Shown here: one piece after another, positions 1-14,644 of the stretch | Layout: the number at the start of each line of letters is the position of its first letter | How positions within the stretch are numbered: position 1 is the stretch's first letter | Assembly (NCBI GenBank): GCA_002269645.1 | Contig: NIVC01002177.1 | Location: 131,868-195,867 of the forward strand | Direction: 5' to 3' | DNA length: 64,000 nt | DNA from: Macrostomum lignano | Lineage: Eukaryota | Translations under genes and position numbers: made by a program | Notes under the pieces: model-generated | What the model was told of the DNA's origin: nothing | Databases searched by the model: none | What the model saw: the letters and a program-made list of their open reading frames with translations, nothing else

Positions 1-142
1 GTTGTCTGCCAGAGGCTCACGCACATCAGCGAGGAAGACTGCACAATTCAGGTTGGCAAATTTCTGTAGCAAATTGTGCCCCAACCCTGTCGCTCTACTC
101 TGCCAGCTGGTGTGGCACCAGTGTCAAATGGCGAATGGCGAG

Positions 143-1946
143 TCATTCTGTCAAGCTTTTGTGCATGAAATCTGCTAACATTGGGGCGAAATTGGCCGGA
201 TAGTTCATGGAAAATAATCCACCTGGAGTCAAGCTTTCGTAGCCATTATGATCATGCTCAAGCATTTCTATTCCAGCTTCACCAAGCTTTTCCCGTTCAT
301 CTCACGGTCGTTTGGTATAAAATTTACACAAATACTCGCAAATCGAAATCATCGTGTGCGAATAGCAATATCCTTCGCTTATGATTTTCTATCAGCAACC
401 TACATGCATGAAGGAAGACCTGTCGTTCCTCCAGGGAGCTCCTTGCGGGTCTCCTTTGAGGTCTTTCTCCCTGGATTTCGGGATGAAATTCAATTTTTAG
501 CCAGTCTTATGAGCAGGGGATTGGGGGGATGAAAAGTGCAGAGAAGTGAGCTCTGATCAAGTCCCTGTGTCGCATCATGTTTCAGACAAGGCATCCCTGA
601 TTAATTTCGGAAGCCGTATGTATATCACATGCATAGCCGTTTTAGCTTAAGCCAACAATTTTGGTGGTTATGATTCTCAATTTGCTATAATGATTTTTCT
701 CCACATTCATTCGTTCTACCTTCCAGCAATTTCCTTTCTATAATACGATACAGTTTGTCCCTATTCTCGTACCCCAAGGCTACTGAGGCATGAATACGAG
801 CTAGGTAGGAACACAGGAAGAACTCTCTCAGCTAGTAAGTCTACTATCGCAAGAGCCATCCACTATGCTCATTAATGCTCTATCTTGTCTATTATCGATC
901 GAAGACTGGCTGTGCTACAGTTGAGCTCTCTTACTTTGATCCCGCTATGTTCTCAAGCATCTGCGCTCGCATTGCTTCTGTTCGAAATGACTCCAAAACT
1001 CTATTGGCTTGGCCATATGCTTCACAGAATAGTTGTCTATCCTGACTACGACTAAGGTAGAGAGGGTAAAGAGGCAGTGCTGAAAAAGTTGCTTGCCAAT
1101 TTCCGCTCTATAGTTTATTCGAAGTTTCTTTCTCTTGCAGCAGAACTCAGCCGCATTTAGGCCAGGACTCGTTTGGATGAGGATTTGGGAGCTTTGCTGT
1201 TCCCCATCTGTGGTAAAGCATAGAGGTGGCAGTGGCAAGTGGACACGAATGGAAATCGATTTGGAACTCCTAAACAGGCGCATAGATGTGGAGGGATATC
1301 TGGAGAGGCCCATCGAAGCGAAAGGCTTCCGAGAGTAGGCAGTGTCTTAGCTTCAGTCACGCTCAAAGTCTACTCCACTCTACTCATCGATTGTGTGACC
1401 CAATGAAGACCTACTTGCTCATTCATTGTCTTGGAATTCAGTTTCTGCTGTTTGATTTTGGACGGCAGCGCGCGAGTAAACATGTCTCATAGATTCCTGA
1501 TTCAATTTCTGACAACATTGCCTCGTAGTTGTCGTGGCAATTTTTTGTTGCTAATGAAAAATACGAGAATAATGAAACTTTCTATCATGTAAACCAGTTC
1601 TAAAGAAAACAAGAGCTCTGTACACCCGAACACTGAAGAGCGTTTTAGAAATGATTGACGCTTCCTAATAGCTTCTTCAAAACTTTTTTGCGTGTGTCTC
1701 TCAAACTCATCCGACTAGACTCTGCTGACCTGCTTCCTAAGTTCGATTTTCCCAGCAAAACAGGCTGAGCTCAGTCTGCAGGAGGTCGAAATACTGCGGC
1801 AAAAACGACAGCTCGACTCGCGTTTTTTCCCCAAGCTAATTACTTCGTTCAAGGTCCGTGTAATCTCGCCCTCTCCGAAGTGACCTTTTGCATATGGGAT
1901 GACAGGCAAATTATTCGCTTCAACGTCTTTCTTTTCTGCTTCTTGA
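143..1946 (-). CDS. Possible 3' exons of an unidentified minus-strand gene (candidate exons 1844-1946, 935-1041, 400-470, 143-300)
   Basis: Four AG/GT-bounded segments join with compatible phases (2>0, 0>2, 2>1, 1>stop) to give ...QEAEKKDVEANNLPVIPYAKGHFGEGEITRTLNE-DRQLFCEAYGQANRVLESFRTEAMRAQMLENIAGSK-EKDLKGDPQGAPWRNDRSSFMHV-DEREKLGEAGIEMLEHDH...HKSLTE*. Two donors are strong (gtaatt, gtaag). The last acceptor is an unusual GAG and no homology is recognised. Confidence 0.3.
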
Positions 1947-2421
1947 CTGAACACGCGGATAGCGGAGATGGAATAGCATAGAAGAAGCTCATTCTCAGAC
2001 AGATCGCATCACTGCAATCAATTTCCGGGCTTGCAAAGCAGCCTGTGTGTCGTAAAGTTATTTTTGGGAAATAAGAAAAGCAAAGTTTGTTGAGCTTAGA
2101 GCAAAAATGAATGACTGACTCTGTTGTGCGAGAATTTCCGAATGCAGCAGGGCAGGCAGCTTTCCTGTGTCCGGTGCCAATCTATGGCAGCCTCCAGCCA
2201 CTGGTCAGTAGGGATTTACCTAATTCGCCCTTCAAGCGTGTCTATCTGCTTTTTTCAGGCATTGCTTGAACTAAAAGTGCTCCTAGCAACTGCAGCACAG
2301 TGGCAGAAGCGATATGAACAACTATGTTGGTTTTATTGGAATTACCATTCATAACACCGCAGTTGTCACTATTCCTGCAATAGTGAATTCGCAATCAGTT
2401 TTTTTACTTTATACTTTACAG

Positions 2422-2893
2422 CAGAGGTCGGCTCTTTTTACCCTCAAGGGCCAGATGGAGAACCTAGTGCATGACTGCGGGCCAGAGGAGGGAAGAGAGG
2501 AGAAGGAATAGAGAAGAGAGAAGAAAGAAAAAAGAAGGGAGAGGACGGGGAATAAAGGAGAATAGAGGAGAGATTAAATAGGAAAGGAGAGAGGAGAGAG
2601 GAAAGAGGAGAGAAGAGAAACGAGAGACGAGAGAGGAGAGAGGAGAGAAGAGAGAGGAGAAAGGAGAAAGGAGAGAGGAGAGAAGAGAGAGCAGAGAGGA
2701 GAGAGGAGAGAAGAGAGATGAGAGATGAGAGAGGAGAGATAAGAGAGGAGAGAGGAGAGCAGAGAGAGGAGAGATGATTAGGAGAGAGGTGATTAAAGAG
2801 AAGAGAGCTGAGAAGAGACACGAACCTTGATCGGGCCCGCACTGCTATTGTGAAGTTTCAAAGGACCCGAGGGCCGCAGTTTACCGACACCTG
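2422..2893. mobile_element. hAT-type MITE with internal polypurine (AG-rich) tract, copy 1
   Basis: Ends CAGAGGTCGGC ... GTTTACCGACACCTG are imperfect TIRs. A perfect 8-bp target-site duplication CTTTACAG lies at 2414-2421 and 2894-2901. The right arm (cgggcccgcactgctattgtgaagtttcaaaggacc) is shared with three other copies. An 8-bp TSD and CAG.GGT ends are typical of hAT elements. Confidence 0.85.
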
Positions 2894-3750
2894 CTTTACA
2901 GCATGGTTTGCTTGATTTGGCCTAACACCAACACTCCTCACAGCTAAAGTCACCCTGTCAGTATTAATTACTGTTCTTCTCCTGTACGTTTCTCCCGACC
3001 TCCGTCTCATACGAGATTTCGTATAGATTTAGTTTGCTAAGTCCAACCAATCTATCACAGATATACAAGTTAATTTCAAGCTCGGCAATGCAGCCTCATC
3101 AGTTCTGCTTGAGCAGTCAGCCCCGGGAGGCAGTTTACGAGTAAAGACCTACATAGTCCGACTCTTATTAATTCGCTATTTCTGCCGCTCGAGATCCATA
3201 AGCCCCAGATAAGGAAAAACAGCAAAGCGATGCGTTGATGAAATTCGGTTTTATTTAGAATTCGTTGCTCCATCTTTTTCGCTACTCGGCGGCCCAGCTC
3301 AAGATCTGAATAATTAATAAGCTTTTTGCCAGCTGAGCAGATGTCCGAAGATGAGCTAAGAAAAACGATGACTCTGACTTGACTGTGTTGACTATTGCTT
3401 TTGCAGAACATTGCAGCAAAGCTCTACTCTTGAGGCTGACTGCATTGGCTCTGGTCCTGCGCACGAATATAATGGCCACTTCAATCATGACAACCACTAA
3501 TTCAGAATGACAGCCTCTCTTCGACGATTTCATTTTTCTTGCATTCTGCTGCTTCCTTCAGCTCCCTTCACTGTGGCCCAACTGTCCCGGATGATCTGAG
3601 ATGTGAAGCGAGTCGAGGCTTGGTTTCTCCTTGAGTCTTCTTCTTTTTCTTTGAAGTCACCTAGAAAGGCCGCAAATACTTGCGGGATATTCACCTCAGG
3701 ATAGCGTGAAAGCGCAGGATTGCAACTGATTGCTAAGCTAACTTGATTGT

Positions 3751-4306
3751 GGAAGGAAGGAAGGAAGGAAGGAAGGGAGGAAGGAAGGAAGGAAGGAAGA
3801 AAGGAAGGAAGGAAGGAAGGAAGGAAGGAAGGAAGGAAGGAAGGAAGGAAGGAAGGAAGGAAGGAAGGAAGGAAGGGAGGAAGGAAGGAAGGAAGGAAGA
3901 AAGGAAGGAAGGAAGGAAGGAAGGAAGGAAGGAAGGAAGGAAGGAAGGAAGGAAGGAAGGAAGGAAGGGAGGAAGGAAGGAAGGAAGGAAGGAAGGAAGG
4001 AAGGAAGGAAGGAAGGAAGGAAGGAAGGAAGGAAGGAAGGAAGGAAGGAAGGAAGGAAGAAAGAAAGAAAGGAAGGAAGGAAGGAAGGAAGGAAGGAAGG
4101 AAGGAAGGAAGGAAGGAAGGAGGAAGGAAGGAAGGAAGGAAGAAAGGAAGGAAGGAAGGAAGGAAGGAAGGAAGGAAGGAAGGAAGGAAGGAAGGAAGGA
4201 AGGAAGGAAGGAAGGAAGGAAGGAAGGAAGGAAGGAAGGAAGGAAGGAAGGAAGGAAGGAAGGAAGGAAGGAAGGAAGGAAGGAAGGAAGGAAGGAAGGA
4301 AGGAAG
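3751..4306. repeat. (GGAA)n microsatellite, about 139 units
   Basis: Directly visible, with occasional GGGA/GAAA variants. It explains the spurious EGRK/LPSF ORFs. Confidence 0.99.
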
Positions 4307-6632
4307 TTTTTTGAGTATCCAGCCTGCTCAGAGCTATTCAAACCATTGCCGACGCGGAACAGACACAAGCGTTCTTTATTTGCATCTCTTCCATAGAAGC
4401 GAGCTTCAAATGGAAAAGACAGACCATCAGTTTTGAGGCAGAGAGCAAACTTTCAGTTTACAGGCCAAACTGCACACGAATGCTGCATAACCCAGCAGAA
4501 CCGTAGTTGTTTGAACCCAACAAACGCAAACACACCCGCGTGTGTGCAGTGCGTGACTTCTTCTGACCCAGTTAATAGACGAAGCAAAAATTCTGAACTT
4601 GGAACACTAATAAAGACGCCTTTAAATAATTAATCACTTAGATACTTTTCAAGGAGACTGCCAAGAGTTTGTGCTCTTTATCGTGGAATCGAAGCAATCA
4701 TAACCAAGTTACTAAGGCAGAAACTATCTATAATTTTTATCAACCATAATATTATAATCCTATGGATGAATTGAATTCCATTTTCAATTAATTTTATTCA
4801 GAATAGCTAAAGGACTTTGGAAATTGCCCGTGGAAATGCCAAGGATCTGTGCTTTTTTACTTTTTCATTTGGGCAGCCCAGTGGAAGTTATTAGAGATAG
4901 GGCAACGGAGGGCCAGCATATCTGTCCTCCCCATTCCTTTCTGCCTCTCCCTTTCTCCATCTCTTTCCGTCGCATCAGGGAATATCCCCTTTGTGCAGCG
5001 CACGGAATAAAATAATTCGCGCAAAGTATGGAATTAGGCAAACGGACAATTCGCTGTATGCTTGTGCGTGCATTGAATGCCGGCATTCCAATAGGGGGGG
5101 GGTGTGCAGATCCCATGCATCTTCCGACCCTCAGTGCCATTTGTCTGCACTTCCAGGCTATAGGCGCCCATTTGCACAGGCAGTGCAGAAGTTGTGCATA
5201 TCGAAATAGTCAAGTACTGATGACACCCTGTGCTTTTTGTCGCATTTAATGCAGTTGTGTTTGCTGTGCCCTCTCTAGCTGCGGATGAGTCTGGGGTTTC
5301 CCTGCTATTGTTGACACAACCAGTGCAATCTGTTTAACCAAAGCACACAGTCTGAACTTTGCAGTGGCTACTCATAGATTGCTTTTAGCAAATTGAATCG
5401 ACAAAATGATGAAAAAAGTCAAAGCTCCTTATCTCAAGCTGAGATTCAAATTTGAGTTTACAAGATTCAAGGCAGCTTTATAAAGATTTCATGCTGGAGT
5501 TCAGGTGATTTAGTGCCTAGAAATCATTGATTAATCTGGGGATTTTGAACCCGAACAGCATTCTCATCCAGCTGCAGAGAAGCAGATTTGAGTGTCTTAG
5601 TGCCAATTTGTCAAAGCCAAAGCTTTCTCAAAATTAAAAAGGCTCCCCAAGGGACTCGCTAATCCGCTGCAGTCGCCTTTGACCTCGCTGCTTCCTTCCT
5701 AACTCAATCAGCCTCAGGTGGCTCGGAGATTAGCTAAGTACCCCCTCCCCTTAACTTTCCTCCTTTGCTTCACCTCTCGACTCGCTCGACCCGGTGAGTT
5801 CCCTGTTTGGCTCAGCAAGCCGCCTTGGCCTGCGCAATTGAGCACGATAGAAATCAATGCGCACTCGAGCCGCGGTCTTATCCATCCATCTCAGGCGCCA
5901 CGCCATTCGAATAGCAAAGCGTGAGAGAAAAAATTGCCGTTCAGCCCGATGCTTTTTCTCCCATCCATTACAAAATTCTTAGCGAGTGCGCAGCGGCTGT
6001 GTGCCTGACAGGCCAGAGTGCAGCAGTGCAGCCAGGATTAGCGGGGATTTCAAAGGGGGGTCAGGCAAAGAAGAGAAAGGAGTAGAGGGAGAAGGGGAGA
6101 GAGGCGACTCAAGAATGCTCTCGGTCCATGCCCAGCTTCTTCTGCGGATGATAGAAGAAGGGAGAGAGATGGAGAGCAGAGAAAATGAAAGTAGAAAGAG
6201 TGGAGAGCGGGAGAAAAGGACAAGCTGAGAGGTGCAGTGAAGAGGCGGCCGAAGTCATTTCACAGGAAAGCCGCCCCCCTCAATTCCAGCCGTTTCCACC
6301 CCACTGCTTCCAGGAAGGCTCCGGCTTCAGAATAAAGCCATGCCGTCTGAGAGCTGCACAGAATGGCCGGCCTTTGCCCTCGATCTTCTCCTTCCTATTT
6401 TTCTCCCCCAACCCGACTCTCTTTCCAGTTGCTTTGAAACAATCCAGCTGATTTTCCTTCCTCGTCCCTCGACTGTAAGCCCTAGGGATCTGATCCTATT
6501 TAAGAAATCAACTCAGGAAATGCAAAATGCTTTGATAAAATGCTGGTCGATTCCTTGTTTAATTACTTAATTGAGGGCAACTAAGTACAAGCGTACTTTG
6601 ATTTAAATCGAGGAATGCTTCTTCTATTCTTA

Positions 6633-6990
6633 GCCCGTAGCCCAGCGGTCTAGCGCAGCGCTCTGATGTGCCAGCGGCCCAGGCTCGATTCCCAGTGCAG
6701 TCACATTAACTTTGGGGCTGAATCGGAATCTCGGCTTGGCTCTGCTTGTGCTATTAACGCCCTTGAGAGCCAGCCCACAAGGCGCAGTGAAGTGTACATG
6801 CCTAACGATAAATAAAGTTAGGGCCGCTGTACACTCCTGTGTGAGTGTGTGCCTGTGCGTATGACGCTTGTGTGGCTGCTCAGGGAAGTCGGCGGAATGG
6901 GCAGTAATGCCTCTCGCCGGTTGTGTGACAATGTCGCTTAAAGTGTGCCAGGGTGCACACAGCCCCCAATGTCTCTACCTGTAATAAAAA
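6633..6990 (+). mobile_element. tRNA-derived SINE, family B, upstream of the NDR coding region
   Basis: Pol III A-box-like TAGCCCAGCGG and B-box-like GGCTCGATTCCC head. The body (gtgtacatgcctaacgataaataaagttagggccgctgtacac ... gccagggtgcacac) is nearly identical to 9066-9385. Confidence 0.8.
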
Positions 6991-7070
6991 GTTCTATTCT
7001 TATAACATTACACTCGCACACTTTCCCGTCTTTCCCGCAGGTGCACCCTGTGAATTGCCCCAGAAACGGC

Positions 7071-9748
<2,678 letters not shown>

Positions 9749-10918
9749 GGGACAGCCGTGCTGGACAGTCACTGCGCGGATAGTGAGCTGTAAAAATACG
9801 AACAGACTAAAGTAGTTTTCCGCTCGTCACCATTCGTTGTTTATACAGTCCGGACCCCCTACCTTCTCTGGAGTTTGAAATCCGCATTATACTACTAACA
9901 ATATCAATTACCATCAATCCCGCACAAATGTCTACTCGTTCAATCTTTCAGTCTAGATGCGCAATTCAATGTGTCTCGTGCTTTCTGTGTTTTACTTGCA
10001 AGACAGTACGATGCAAGTTATTAATATATAAGTGATTCAAACAGCGCTTAGATATAGTTATCTTAGCCAAAATTATGGTGATTGTGAAGTGTATTAGTTC
10101 TGATTATAGACAGACTAAATTGCTTTGCGGTAAGCGACCCCCGAAACAGCAAGCTAAATCAAGCAGTGTGAAAATGCAACTCCATATTTTGCATCCCAGC
10201 AAGATAGGAAATATTCGTTTCCGTTACCTGTGCTCCTTACCCACTTGGCTACACATATCAGCAGGATATTTTTGCCCTATTTTCGTACCCGCTTATTTTA
10301 TGGAAATGAATCCGGCAAGACCAAGCACCCATGCGCACAAAGCATTATTCCCAAGCACGCCTATAGTGTATCAGCGTCGAGCACAATTCTATCCAAATGG
10401 AGATACGGCGCTGCATTTTGATGCGTTTATATGGATAAACCTGTCGCTATATTCAACTTTCACGTTTTCATTCTTTGTTTAGAAGGCGAGGCAGATCAAT
10501 ATGGCTGCTTGCTGCTCTTCCAGCGTCATAATTGGCATTGTTATCCGTAATTCGCTCACTTTTTGCTTTTTTGTGTTTATTTGTTGTGTAATTTTATTTT
10601 CTGTAACAAGCTGCTCTCGGTTTTGGGGCTGACCCTATTGAGGTCAGATTTGGCACGAAATTTAGTCCGTGTAACTCCAGCAATTAGCTCCTTTCCGTGT
10701 ACACAAATATAATAATATGCACTAAAAATAGAATTAAATTGTGTTCGTCTGAAGCAATATATTTTCGATACTTACTGACGCACTAAACACTACTTCCCAA
10801 GTAGAACACATAGCAGCAGTTGTGCGCACACTTGCCGAAAAATGCAGAAAAAAATACTAGAAATACTAAGGAAGCAGAGAAGCGAAAGTCAGAAAAAGAG
10901 AAGAAGGCAAATAAGGTT

Positions 10919-13069
10919 TAGCCATAGACTACAGTTATTTAGACCACAGTTAGCCATAGACTACAGTTATTTAGACCACAGTTAGCCATAGACTACAGTT
11001 ATTTAGACCACAGTTAGCCATAGACTACAGTTATTTAGACCACAGTTAGCCATAGACTACAGTTATTTAGACCACAGTTAGCCATCGACTACAGTTATTT
11101 AGACCACAGTTAGCCATCGACTACAGTTATTTAGACCACAGTTAGCCATAGACTACAGTTATTTAGACCACAGTTAGCCATCGACTACAGTTATTTAGAA
11201 CACAGTTAGCCATCGACTACAGTTATTTAGAACACAGTTAGCCATCGACTACAGTTATTTAGACCACAGTTAGCCATCGACTACAGTTATTTAGACCACA
11301 GTTAGCCATAGACTACAGTTATTTAGACCACAGTTAGCCATAGACTACAGTTATTTAGACCACAGTTAGCCATCGACTACAGTTATTTAGAACACAGTTA
11401 GCCATCGACTACAGTTATTTAGAACACAGTTAGCCATCGACTACAGTTATTTAGACCACAGTTAGCCATCGACTACAGTTATTTAGACCACAGTTAGCCA
11501 TAGACTACAGTTATTTAGACCACAGTTAGCCATCGACTACAGTTATTTAGACCACAGTTAGCCATAGACTACAGTTATTTAGACCACAGTTAGCCATCGA
11601 CTACAGTTATTTAGACCACAGTTAGCCATAGACTACAGTTATCTAGACCACAGTTAGCCATAGACTACAGTTATTTAGACCACAGTTAGCCATCGACTAC
11701 AGTTATTTAGAACACAGTTAGCCATAGACTACAGTTATTTAGACCACAGTTAGCCAAAGATTACAGTTATTTAGACCACAGTTAGCCAAAGATTACAGTT
11801 ATTTAGACCACAGTTAGCCATCGACTACAGTTATTTAGACCACAGTTAGCCATCGACTACAGTTATTTAGACCACAGTTAGCCATAGACTACTGTTATTT
11901 AGACCACAGTTAGCCATCGACTACAGTTATTTAGACCACAGTTAGCCATCGACTACAGTTATTTAGACCACAGTTAGCCATAGACTACAGTTATTTAGAC
12001 CACAGTTAGCCATAGACTACAGTTATTTAGACCACAGTTAGCCATAGACTACAGTTATTTAGACCACAGTTAGCCATCGACTACAGTTATTTAGACCACA
12101 GTTAGCCATAGACTACAGTTATCTAGACCACAGTTAGCCATAGACTACAGTTATTTAGACCACAGTTAGCCATCGACTACAGTTATTTAGAACACAGTTA
12201 GCCATAGACTACAGTTATTTAGACCACAGTTAGCCAAAGATTACAGTTATTTAGACCACAGTTAGCCAAAGATTACAGTTATTTAGACCACAGTTAGCCA
12301 TCGACTACAGTTATTTAGACCACAGTTAGCCATCGACTACAGTTATTTAGACCACAGTTAGCCATAGACTACTGTTATTTAGACCACAGTTAGCCATCGA
12401 CTACAGTTATTTAGACCACAGTTAGCCATCGACTACAGTTATTTAGACCACAGTTAGCCATAGACTACATTATTTAGACCACAGTTAGCCATAGACTACA
12501 GTTATTTAGACCACAGTTAGCCAAAGACTACAGTTATTTAGACCACAGTTAGCCATAGACTACAGTTATTTAGACCACAGTTAGCCATCGACTACAGTTA
12601 TTTAGACCACAGTTAGCCATAGACTACAGTTATTTAGACCACAGTTAGCCATCGACTACAGTTATTTAGACCACAGTTAGCCATCGACTACATTATTTAG
12701 ACCACAGTTAGCCATAGACTACAGTTATTTAGACCACAGTTAGCCAAAGACTACAGTTATTTAGACCACAGTTAGCCATAGACTACAGTTATTTAGACCA
12801 CAGTTAGCCATCGACTACAGTTATTTAGACCACAGTTAGCCATAGACTACAGTTATTTAGACCACAGTTAGCCATCGACTACAGTTATTTAGACCACAGT
12901 TAGCCATCGACTACAGTTATTTAGACCACAGTTAGCCATAGACTACATTATTTAGACCACAGTTAGCCATAGACTACAGTTATTTAGACCACAGTTAGCC
13001 AAAGAATACATTATTTAGACCACAGTTAGCCATCGACTACAGTTATCTAGACCACAGTTAGCCATAGAC
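10919..13069. repeat. 32-bp minisatellite array (TAGCCATAGACTACAGTTATTTAGACCACAGT), about 67 copies
   Basis: The unit is read directly, with variants catag/catcg, agacc/agaac, ccaaaga and atctag. Confidence 0.99.
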
Positions 13070-14473
13070 CATCCTGACATCCCAGGTTAAAAGCCTACAG
13101 AACAAAGACAGGTTGGGCCATAGACTCGCTGAGAAAGTCGTCTTAGAGACAAGAATACAGAGGATTAGTCTGACACTGATGATAACAGAACACTTCTTCT
13201 GCTGATTCGAAGGTCTACCGCTGTACGTAGTCAACTGAAGGTTCACTGTATCCATGCAAAGTCGTCTCTCACAAAACTCTGCGGCTGTTAATTGCAAGTT
13301 TGGGCGTCCAACCCTCTGCTTGCTTGTCAGAAATTCGAACTTTTTCCTTGTCTTTCCCTGAAGTTAATGGTCTAGCATGCTCATACTACTTAAAAGTACT
13401 TGAATTTGTTTAAACTCTGCAACAGACTTGATTTTTACAAAAAATAGCTTGGACCAAAACATGGGACGGAGCCATTCATTGAAGTGTTCCAGAGTAATGA
13501 CAGGCAGCCTTTGCTGAGCTGTTTGCTTCTCAACAGCAGACATCGGCCGGCCTTATCAATCTGGCCTCGGGGTGAGCGGATGAGCCGCAGTGAGAAGCGC
13601 AGGACGCAGATGATTCTGGGCGATAAACTCAGATTACAAGTTATAGCCCTTGATCCCTTCATCAGGGAGGCTGGCAGACTGGTTGAGCAGCGGAGACCGG
13701 CCCTCATCGGGCGGCTGCTCTCCATCTTCTGCTTGTTTATATCCCCCTGGAATTTTATTCCCAGAGAAGACGGACGAGACCGGCCTGCTAGAGGGGAAAT
13801 TAGACTCAAATACGCTACCGAGGGATTGGCCGGCGCTCCTTTAGAAGGCCGGGGAGAGAGGGACTGCAGCTGGCTATCCGGGATCAGCTGAGAGCCGAGT
13901 GGAATTAAGCTGGCAGAGAAGTTGATAAGACTGAATCATTCCAGCTTCTTCTTTTGAGACACAAGAATATATCGAAAAATGAATCAATATTGCAAATTTG
14001 GTTTCCGAGGCTGCTTTCATAAGAAAATATTGACAAAAATATTAAACAATTACACCATTTTACCTCATATTTTGAACAAAGTCTTATTCAAAAGAGACAA
14101 GCAGAACTTCAATTCAAACACTAAGAAATATCAGCCATTGCGGAAATTCAAATCAAACAAAGTCCCTTTCTATTGAAACAGAAGAACTTCAATTCAGACT
14201 GTCTGTGGCCAAAATTGTCCCCGAGTGACGCGCATGCGCAAACTTGAAATTCAAAAGAAACAAAGTCACATTCTATTTCGACAAAGGGATAAAACACAAC
14301 ATATCGACGAACATAAGAGTAAAATGAAAAACAGGAACAAGACAGTGTCAGTTGGCCTTTAGTGTATTTAGTGTATTTAGCCTTTGTTTTCAATATGGTT
14401 CTCACTTAGCTTTAAAAATTTTCTCACTTTGCTTGCAAGGCGATCCCAAAAAGCTGGGCTGCAGCGAGGGGTG

Positions 14474-14644
14474 GCCATAGACAATAGTGTTTTTGCTATT
14501 CAGTCTCAGATTGTTTGAAAAATGCCTCACTTAGCATGCAAAAACCAAGGACAACTTGATAACTGATATCGAGTTGTCCTTGGCAAAAACCAATATTCTG
14601 TCTTGTAGAGAAATCTAATTTTCCCTACCGATTTTGTCTATGGC
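14474..14644. mobile_element. Small inverted-repeat-bounded element (GCCATAGACAA ... TTGTCTATGGC), MITE-like
   Basis: Perfect 11-bp inverted repeat at 14474-14484 and 14634-14644. No TSD could be confirmed. Confidence 0.45.

Noticed and set aside
3733-4436. ORFs of 211-229 aa (EGRK / LPSF repeats)
   Set aside because: These are translations of the (GGAA)n microsatellite.
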